A DNA stretch of 64,000 nucleotides, taken from the NCBI GenBank assembly GCA_001805445.1, contig MHGF01000023.1, forward strand, positions 18,859 to 82,858. The letters run 5' to 3'. Origin of the DNA: Omnitrophica WOR_2 bacterium GWF2_43_52. Lineage in GTDB: Bacteria > Omnitrophota > Gorgyraeia > Gygaellales > UBA12090. Below, piece by piece: positions 57,102 to 64,000 of the stretch; the first letter of the stretch is position 1, and every line of letters starts with the position of its first letter. The position numbers and the translations under genes are program-made. Under the pieces are notes generated by a model that was not told where the DNA came from, made no database searches, and saw only the letters and a list, made by a program, of their open reading frames with translations.

Positions 57102-57614
57102 ATGGAGGCTTGTATGTTAGAATGTTTCCTTTTAAAAAGAAAACTTTATGATTGCCTGGATAATAGCCTTTCTGAAAAAGACCGGATGAGAATAAAAAAA
57201 CATCTTGATGTGTGCCCTCATTGCCAAGAGCGGCTTACCCAGCTAAAAGTTATCCTTGATTATGCCTCTTCAAAGCATATCCCTAGTCCGAATAATCAAT
57301 TTTGGTATACTTTTAATGCGGGGCTCGCCCGGAGGCTCGATACTATAGTATCCGAATCCGGCACCATGACGCAAAAGCCGAAGGTGTATCGAAAACCAGC
57401 ATTGGTGAACGCGGTTTTGTGCGTATTTTTTCTCGCGATAGGGATTTTTCTGTTTAAATTTTCACACCCAACAGGGATGCCGTTAGGACGACAGGTTAAT
57501 GTATTGGTTGAGGAGTTTACTTCTTCTGATGAGTTTAGTGAAGCATCGGAATTAAATCATGAAGATGATTATCTTGAAGAAATGGATTTACTTATGCAGT
57601 TAGAGTTGGCATAA
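57102..57614 (+). CDS. Zinc-binding (ZAS, HxxxCxxC) membrane anti-sigma factor
   Basis: HLDVCPHC, single TM; follows the ECF sigma. Confidence 0.88.
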   Translation: MEACMLECFLLKRKLYDCLDNSLSEKDRMRIKKHLDVCPHCQERLTQLKVILDYASSKHIPSPNNQFWYTFNAGLARRLDTIVSESGTMTQKPKVYRKPALVNAVLCVFFLAIGIFLFKFSHPTGMPLGRQVNVLVEEFTSSDEFSEASELNHEDDYLEEMDLLMQLELA

Positions 57615-57624
57615 GGAGTTAATC

Positions 57625-57701
57625 GGAACGCAGAAATCCTCTGATTTTATCCGGAGATGAATGCGAGACGATTACCCCGTGCTTTAGCATGGGGAGATTC
57701 A
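57625..57701. mobile_element. Probable IS200/IS605-type end remnant
   Basis: Hairpins ccccgtgc-ttta-gcatgggg and aatcctctga-tttta-tccggag resemble subterminal IS200/IS605 hairpins; no transposase. Confidence 0.45.
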
Positions 57702-58769
57702 TTCAAAAAGCTTTTTATATTCTTTGTAGTTTTCTTTTTCTAAGTCTTCCTTAGGGATGAAACGAAGGGCGGCAGAGTTCATACAGTAACGTAAGCCGGT
57801 AGGTTTTGGCCCATCAGAGAATACATGGCCAAGGTGGCTATTGGCATGCTTACTGCGGACTTCGGTTCTGACGGTAAATAAGCTTCGGTCTTGTTTTTCC
57901 ACGATATTCCGGGGCTCAAGCGGTTTGGTAAAGCTTGGCCAGCCGGTGCCGGATTCAAACTTATCACGGGAAGAGAACAGCGGCTCTCCAGAAATAATAT
58001 CCACGTAAATACCTTCCTTCTTGTTATTCCAGTATTCATTATCAAAAGGGCGCTCAGTGCCGTTTTCCTGGGTTATTTTGTATTGCAGGGGAGTTAGTTT
58101 CTTGCGGAGCGTATCTTTTTCCGATTTCTTGTATTTGTCGGGGCTCTCTTCCGCGGGTTTATTTTTTAGTTCATCACCCCATACTTTTTTCAAGAATTGG
58201 TCGCGGCCGGAATTAAAACGGTAAAACTTATATTTCAACGCGCTCTTTTTATAATAATCCTGATGATAGTCTTCGGCAGGATAAAAGATAGTGGCTTTGA
58301 TAATTTCGGTGACAATGGGCTTGCCGAATCTTCCGGACTGGGCAAGGCTTTTTTTTGATTCTTCAGCCAAGCGTTTCTGCTGGTCGCTATGGTAAAAGAT
58401 GATTGAACGGTATTGAGAGCCGCGGTCAACAAATTGGCCGCCGGCGTCAGTTGGGTCAATCTGCCGCCAGAAAACATCCAAGAGTTTTTGATAACTTATT
58501 GTAGAAGGGTCGTAGGTGATTTGTATGGCTTCGACGTGGCCTGTAGCTCCTGAGGAAACCTCTTTATACGTTGGATTTTCTTTATGTCCGCCGCTATAGC
58601 CTGAGATAACCTCTTGTACTCCATCTAATTTCTCAAAAGGCGCCTCCATGCACCAGAAGCATCCTCCGGTAAATGTGGCTTTCTCTAATTTTACCTGGGC
58701 AAATAGGTTGTTTTGTGCCATAAGCATAAGAAGCGGTAAAAGCAGGCCGCTGAGTATTCTGGTTGCCAT
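57699..58769 (-). CDS. msrAB: Exported bifunctional methionine sulfoxide reductase MsrA/MsrB
   Basis: Signal peptide, [37 protein letters not shown]. Confidence 0.95.
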   Translation of the reverse strand: MATRILSGLLLPLLMLMAQNNLFAQVKLEKATFTGGCFWCMEAPFEKLDGVQEVISGYSGGHKENPTYKEVSSGATGHVEAIQITYDPSTISYQKLLDVFWRQIDPTDAGGQFVDRGSQYRSIIFYHSDQQKRLAEESKKSLAQSGRFGKPIVTEIIKATIFYPAEDYHQDYYKKSALKYKFYRFNSGRDQFLKKVWGDELKNKPAEESPDKYKKSEKDTLRKKLTPLQYKITQENGTERPFDNEYWNNKKEGIYVDIISGEPLFSSRDKFESGTGWPSFTKPLEPRNIVEKQDRSLFTVRTEVRSKHANSHLGHVFSDGPKPTGLRYCMNSAALRFIPKEDLEKENYKEYKKLFE

Positions 58770-58934
58770 ATACCTCACATCCTTACCTAGCTCAAACTTT
58801 ATATATCTGTTTATCATTATACTCCTCAAAAATAGAAAAACAATGAAGAAGTGATAGATTAACCATAACACTATTTAATTTGCATTTTACCTTGCTTAGA
58901 GTTAGAATTGATTTAACGGAAAGAAAATGCAGAA

Positions 58935-59312
58935 ATGATAGACCGTAAAAAAATAGCCGTAGTCCACATTATCAAAAAGGAGCTTCATTTAAGTGATGAT
59001 GAATATCGGGATATCCTTTTTAAGGCAGCAGGGGTACGGAGCGCAAAGGAACTTGATGAGCAAAAGTTTCGGAAGCTTATGCGCTATTTTGTGCGCAGCA
59101 AATATTATACGATAAATGACAACGGGCTTACCCTGCGCCAGAAGCTATACATCCAGTATTTGAGCCAGCAACTAGGATGGACGGACGAACATTGTACCAA
59201 TTTTATCCGTAAATATTACCATAAGGATTGTCTAGGGCATCTTACCAGAAAAGAGGCGATAAAAGTAATAGAGTCTCTTAAACAAATATTGTTTCATCAG
59301 AGTAAAATCTAA
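58935..59312 (+). CDS. Mu-phage GemA/gp16 (DUF1018)-like protein
   Basis: IAVVHIIKKELHLSDDEYRDIL...GVRSAKEL...EAIKVIESLK. Confidence 0.75.
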   Translation: MIDRKKIAVVHIIKKELHLSDDEYRDILFKAAGVRSAKELDEQKFRKLMRYFVRSKYYTINDNGLTLRQKLYIQYLSQQLGWTDEHCTNFIRKYYHKDCLGHLTRKEAIKVIESLKQILFHQSKI

Positions 59313-59362
59313 TTTTACGCCCCTGGGGACCTTTTACACCCCTGGGGTGTAAAAGGGGGGGG

Positions 59363-60703
59363 CTAGGAAGTAAAATTAAAATCCTTGATATACAGGGTAG
59401 GTGTGTAGACTGAGCCTAGGGCTTCTAAGTGGTCGGCAATAAGGGCGCGTTCCTTAGAGATATGCTTTATTCGCGAGAATGCCTCAAGAATTGATTCGGT
59501 AAAGCGCATATCTTTGATCGCGCTTTTTATTTTTCCATTTTTAATCAAAAACGTTCCGTCGCGGGTCATTCCGGTCATCAGTGCCTTATGGGTATTAAGG
59601 AAGCCGTTGATATAGTGAAAGCGGGTAATCAGAATCGCGCGCTTTGCGGAGCGCGTGATTTCATCCTGCGGTAATTTTCCCCCTTCCATGATTATATTGT
59701 AACCAAGCGGCCCGTCAACATCATCAGGGAAGTTAGCATGGCCATTGGATTTCATTTTTAAAAGCCCTGCGTAATAACTATCGCAGAGAGGCTTACCGGC
59801 AATGCCTTTTTTTATCAGGTATACTTTTTCCCGCTTTTGCCCCTCAAAATCAAAAGGAAGAATAAAAGTGTTTTTATCCGCCCCAGAATCATAGAGCGTT
59901 ACCGAATCTCCGGTAATGCGTTTTCCCGCCTTGCCGTGTAAAAAGCTGGTTTCTTCGACTACTGACTTTGCGCCAAAGCCTATATAGTTGAGCCAATGGA
60001 TAATATCGGCAACCGCCTGCGGTTCTAAAATGACATCGTAACGAGCGCTGGGAAGGTTTATTTTCTTAAGGCTAATGAGGCATTTTTCCATTGCGGTATC
60101 CGCGGCTTGTTTGGGATTGAGTTGGTTGATATCATAGCTTGTCCGCGCGGCATAGCCGCTTGCATCTAGTTGTGTAGCGATGAATTTTATCCCCGCGAAA
60201 GAATAATCCTGATACGCGAGCTTTCCTTGCGGAGAGATGACCGCGTACTGGGTGAGGCCATTGTAGAAATTACCGGAAAATTTTATTTTTAGGTTTTGTC
60301 CGTCGGTAAAAATCTTCTGTAAAATCTTTACCCGCGCGCGCGGGGAGAAATGCGCGGTCTCCGGGTAATAAACATTAGTTAAAGTATGAAGAGGCAAAAA
60401 GAAGGGGATATCTTTTTTGCCGTGCGTCCTTATCTTAAGCTGTGCTCTATGGAGGGCTTTTTTAAAAGTTTCATTCAGATTATGATCATCGAAGGAATTA
60501 GTTGAAGCGACGCCTAACCTGCCGTCAATGGCGACGCGGAAATAGATGAGCTGTTGTTCATCGCTCATATGCTGATGTACCTGGGAATTGGCAAAGCGGC
60601 TTACCTGTAAGCGCGTGCGAAAGAAAACAATGCCTATTTTATCCGCTTCTTTGGTTTTGATAAAAGGGAGTAATGTTTTTTTAAGTTGGTCAGGAGTAAT
60701 CAT
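59363..60703 (-). CDS. TldE/PmbA family protein
   Basis: SRFANSQVHQ, YDVILEPQAV, PFDFEG, TGMTRDGTF; no HExxxH. Confidence 0.9.
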   Translation of the reverse strand: MITPDQLKKTLLPFIKTKEADKIGIVFFRTRLQVSRFANSQVHQHMSDEQQLIYFRVAIDGRLGVASTNSFDDHNLNETFKKALHRAQLKIRTHGKKDIPFFLPLHTLTNVYYPETAHFSPRARVKILQKIFTDGQNLKIKFSGNFYNGLTQYAVISPQGKLAYQDYSFAGIKFIATQLDASGYAARTSYDINQLNPKQAADTAMEKCLISLKKINLPSARYDVILEPQAVADIIHWLNYIGFGAKSVVEETSFLHGKAGKRITGDSVTLYDSGADKNTFILPFDFEGQKREKVYLIKKGIAGKPLCDSYYAGLLKMKSNGHANFPDDVDGPLGYNIIMEGGKLPQDEITRSAKRAILITRFHYINGFLNTHKALMTGMTRDGTFLIKNGKIKSAIKDMRFTESILEAFSRIKHISKERALIADHLEALGSVYTPTLYIKDFNFTS

Positions 60704-60727
60704 CGTATGTATGGTACAGTGTTTGCA

Positions 60728-62173
60728 TTATTTTTTCACGCCCACCGTAATCTTCTCAAACCTTGCCGGGCTTACCCCATGGCCTACATGCATTGCCTGC
60801 GCCGGTTCGCCTTTGCCGCATGAGGGGATACCCCATACGTACCAGGAATCCTTATTTGCTATTCCTGAGCAGTTATTCCAAAAGTACGGTGTGTTTGAAT
60901 GGTATACGGGATTTTTATAGGCGCGGCCTAATTTTCCGTTTTTAATCTCCCAGGCTATTTCGGTGCCAAACTGAAAATTGAGGCGCAGATCATCAATGCT
61001 CCAGCTTTTATTGGTGCAGAGATAGAGCCCTTTCCTGGTATCGGCAAGCAACTCTTCGAGGCTTGGCTTTCCCGGCTCTAAGTTAATATTGGTCATGCGG
61101 ACCAGGGGAATGTTGTTCCAGCTTTCAGCGCGCATGGTGGCGTTACTTTCTTTTTTAATCACAGGAGCAGTTTCCCTGGAGCTTAAGTAATTGGTAAAGA
61201 TGCCGTGTTTTATGAGCTCTACGCGTTGGGCCTTTACGCCTTCATCGTCATAGGCAAAACTTCCTACGCCGCCGGCTAATGTCGCGTCGGCGCTGATGTT
61301 GACCAATGGTGAGCCATAACGGAATTTCCCGTATTTTTCTAAGGTCAAGAAACTGCCTCCCGCATAGCTTATCTCTGAACCAAGCACTCTATCAAGTTCA
61401 ACCGGGTGGCCGCAGGATTCGTGAACCTGAAGCGCTGTTTGATAGCCATCGGTGATAATGGCCATTTCTCCTTCAGGGCAGGTGGGCGCGTCAAGGAGCA
61501 TGATTGCCTCGTCGCGTACGCGCGGCGCGTTTTCGGGAAAATTGAGTTCTTTGATATATTCGTAGCCTGCCTGACGGATTTGCGAGTGATGCGAAATAGG
61601 ATAAGAGCGCTTTTGCGTAGCCATCCCGCTGACGGCAACCGTTTCTAAAAACCCGCCGCTTTCAATAAAGGATTGTTCTATTTCTGAGCCTTCGGTATTG
61701 ACAAAAAGCTTATCCGTGCGGTAAAAATCCAAGCTTGACTGGGCGAATTTAATCTTTGGCGATTGCAAAAGAATTTCGTTAGTGTAGAGCAGATACTGAA
61801 GTTTTGTTTCTAGCGAGACACTAAAAGGATCCACTTCGTAGTTTGAGGCATACCGCGCGTGGACAGCCGGGTAAGCGCCAAAGGTTACCTTTTCTTTATT
61901 TATGGCGCTTGAGGCGCGGGCAATGGTAAGCGCAAGCTTTATATTCTTTTCTATAGCCTTTTCTTCGAAAATGCTTCCGCAGGAAAATCCCCATGCGCCG
62001 TTATACAGCAAGCGTATCCCATAGCCTTCATCGATATGGTGGGAGAGATTCTCGACGCTTTGGTTGAATACGGAAATATTCTCATGCTGTCTTTTTACCC
62101 AGCGGATATCCGCGTATTCTACGCCTTTTGCCTGTAACGTGTGTATCATCGAACGTAATAAATGCTTATTCAT
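60728..62173 (-). CDS. tldD: TldD family metalloprotease
   Basis: HESCGH, YDDEGV, RMTNINL, CGKGEPAQ. Confidence 0.93.
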   Translation of the reverse strand: MNKHLLRSMIHTLQAKGVEYADIRWVKRQHENISVFNQSVENLSHHIDEGYGIRLLYNGAWGFSCGSIFEEKAIEKNIKLALTIARASSAINKEKVTFGAYPAVHARYASNYEVDPFSVSLETKLQYLLYTNEILLQSPKIKFAQSSLDFYRTDKLFVNTEGSEIEQSFIESGGFLETVAVSGMATQKRSYPISHHSQIRQAGYEYIKELNFPENAPRVRDEAIMLLDAPTCPEGEMAIITDGYQTALQVHESCGHPVELDRVLGSEISYAGGSFLTLEKYGKFRYGSPLVNISADATLAGGVGSFAYDDEGVKAQRVELIKHGIFTNYLSSRETAPVIKKESNATMRAESWNNIPLVRMTNINLEPGKPSLEELLADTRKGLYLCTNKSWSIDDLRLNFQFGTEIAWEIKNGKLGRAYKNPVYHSNTPYFWNNCSGIANKDSWYVWGIPSCGKGEPAQAMHVGHGVSPARFEKITVGVKK

Positions 62174-62256
62174 AATAGTTACTATAACATCGCAGAGGTT
62201 ACGCCGCAATAGATTTTGATATTTGTAAGAATATGTACTATAATAAATGTACCCAC

Positions 62257-62718
62257 ATGAAAACAATAATCAATTACTTAGGAGTAATTATATGCGTAAT
62301 CGCAATCGCTTCTTGCTCTGTAAAAGAAGAGCTGGCAGTAGTTTCCTCCCAGGAAGCGTATAATGACGGCTTTGAGGTACTCCTGATAGATAACGATACA
62401 ATGGATAGCTTTCATCTTAAGGATGCAGAAGAGACGGTTAAAAAAACATCCTCTGCTACTTTTTTGCTCCCTCAGGATACAATCGGCACCTTAGAGAAGA
62501 AATTAGAGATACAGGTAAAAGATACTCCGGAATCACGATATCCTTTCGTCAGTATTGATTTGGAGGTGATAGAGAATAAGAAACAAATTATAGATGTGTC
62601 ATTCCATTATTCTAAAAGCACCTATCACTATTGTTATGAGGCACTTCCCAAAGAGATAAAGCCTTTATGGTCAAGCTATAGTGATTTAGCGCGGAATAAA
62701 AAAACCATCTATAAATGA
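62257..62718 (+). CDS. Hypothetical lipoprotein
   Basis: Signal peptide with lipobox IASC. Confidence 0.65.
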   Translation: MKTIINYLGVIICVIAIASCSVKEELAVVSSQEAYNDGFEVLLIDNDTMDSFHLKDAEETVKKTSSATFLLPQDTIGTLEKKLEIQVKDTPESRYPFVSIDLEVIENKKQIIDVSFHYSKSTYHYCYEALPKEIKPLWSSYSDLARNKKTIYK

Positions 62719-64000
62719 GAAAGCATATCGTCTGGAAGCTTAATCATTATTTTAAATCCCTCAAGGAAAAAGAGATAACCCGGATTGCGGGGATTTTTAA
62801 TCAGCAGATACAGCATCTGAATATCAGATATTTTAGTGATTCCGGCAAGCCGCGCGATATTCAGCTTGTTTTGCGGCCGTGGTTTATCAAGCCGCGGGAA
62901 CTTGCCTTTTTTCACCGCCTTATTTACGCCTTCAAAGCCGCCCACCAGAGGCTTTGCGAATTGTATCTTCATAATAGGGCCATTCAGGAAATTATGCCCT
63001 TACGCCCTGATGAGAAAAAATGGTTTGATCTTATTAACAGGGATAAATTTCAAAAATATCAGGTTGTTTTCGGCAGATGGGACACGAATGTTTCTTTTGA
63101 TGAAAGAGAGAGGATTACGGATGTAAAATTCCTGGAAACCAATACCGTGGGAATCGGCGGCATTCACTATATCCCGGTTGTTTCTGAGGCGATAAAAAAA
63201 ATATTACAGATTACGTTTGAAAAGGACATCCATCCTTATCACCTGAAATTTCAGGCAGACCCCCGCCATCTTTTGGCGGAGGAAATAAAACGCCATGCCC
63301 GGCTCATCGGCCGTAGAAGCCTGAATGTGGCATTTTTGGAGAATCGCGATTATTTAGGCGGGACGGTTGAAATCCCGGAATTGACCAAGTATTTTCTTTC
63401 CTTAGGAATCCACGCGGTGTCCGTTGACCCCCGGGATTTGCATCTTAAGGCGGATGAAATATATTATCGGGATACAAATATAGATATGATTTACCGTGAT
63501 TCAGAACTTCAGGAGCTCATCGATATTGAGAAAAAGGGCCACGCGATGGCGGTACTCAAGCAGGCATTCGTTAACAATCAGGTTATTTCATCCATTGCCG
63601 GAGAATTAGACCATAAGAGCAGTTTCGAAATATTTACTAACCCTGAGTTTGCCGCTTTCTTTAATAACGCGCAGAAGGCGCTATTTAAGAAATATCTCCC
63701 CTGGACGCGGATGATAAAAGAGAGAAAGACTGCAGACCCCAATAATCGCGCCGTCGATTTAATCCCTTACATCATAAAAAAAAAGGATTTTCTTACCATA
63801 AAACCAAGCCGTGCCTATGGCGGCCAAGGAGTGGTTATTGGTAAGTTAACGGAAAAAATAAAGTGGAGTGAGTATGTCCAGAAAGCGCTCCGTAAACCGG
63901 GGGAGTATGTGGCGCAGAGTTTTGTTAATATCCGTCAGGAAACCTTTCCTGTACTAAGCTCAGATAAAAAGATAGAATTCCAGAAATTCTATTCTGTCTC
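62715..64000 (+). CDS. Circularly permuted ATP-grasp (glutathionylspermidine-synthase-like) ligase, truncated at the window end and absent from the ORF track
   Basis: Open frame from ATG 62715: MRKHIVWK...GRWD...KFLETNTVG...DMIYRD...LDHKS...LPWTR...IKPSRAYGGQGVVIG...YVAQ. Confidence 0.8.
   Translation, partial: MRKHIVWKLNHYFKSLKEKEITRIAGIFNQQIQHLNIRYFSDSGKPRDIQLVLRPWFIKPRELAFFHRLIYAFKAAHQRLCELYLHNRAIQEIMPLRPDEKKWFDLINRDKFQKYQVVFGRWDTNVSFDERERITDVKFLETNTVGIGGIHYIPVVSEAIKKILQITFEKDIHPYHLKFQADPRHLLAEEIKRHARLIGRRSLNVAFLENRDYLGGTVEIPELTKYFLSLGIHAVSVDPRDLHLKADEIYYRDTNIDMIYRDSELQELIDIEKKGHAMAVLKQAFVNNQVISSIAGELDHKSSFEIFTNPEFAAFFNNAQKALFKKYLPWTRMIKERKTADPNNRAVDLIPYIIKKKDFLTIKPSRAYGGQGVVIGKLTEKIKWSEYVQKALRKPGEYVAQSFVNIRQETFPVLSSDKKIEFQKFYSV

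Noticed and set aside
821-61648. Many short antisense or alternate-frame ORFs overlapping identified genes
   Set aside because: Fully overlap well-supported CDSs and carry no independent motifs
62709-63126. Track ORFs 62709-62972(-) and 62836-63126(+)
   Set aside because: Shadows of the long ATP-grasp frame starting at 62715

Overview
Gene-dense bacterial chromosomal window from a diderm organism (it has a secretin, LpoB and YdbH). The PVC-type L28 and the repeat landscape suggest Ca. Omnitrophota or a relative, which is an inference. Housekeeping blocks are ydbH/ynbE-ydbL, htpX, trpB, trpA, mgtE, corC-like, rsfS, argS, recJ, rpmB, then rpsO, pnp, ftsK, rodZ-like, rimO, pgsA, pgpA, lpoB, then an ECF sigma/anti-sigma pair, msrAB and tldD/E. 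They flank a ~25 kb type IV pilus locus (18.1-42.9 kb), which is the most striking feature. The locus carries its own complete c-di-GMP circuit: a CHASE2/HD-GYP phosphodiesterase, a 1359-aa GGDEF-STAND-NTPase-HEAT cyclase, a free-standing MshEN receptor beside two PilB ATPases that both lack that motif, and a c-di-GMP-I riboswitch with its own promoter and terminator. The riboswitch precedes two ~800-aa paralogous PilX-like proteins that are bracketed by copies of one inverted-repeat element. Other notable items are an ammonium transporter-histidine kinase fusion, a 16-unit heptamer tandem repeat translated inside argS, a probable ATA start for rsfS, several nested MITE-like families with no transposase in view, and a promoter/terminator-bounded ~300-nt candidate ncRNA. 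No rRNA, tRNA or CRISPR array was recognised. All product calls come from motif recognition by eye; no database searches were run.
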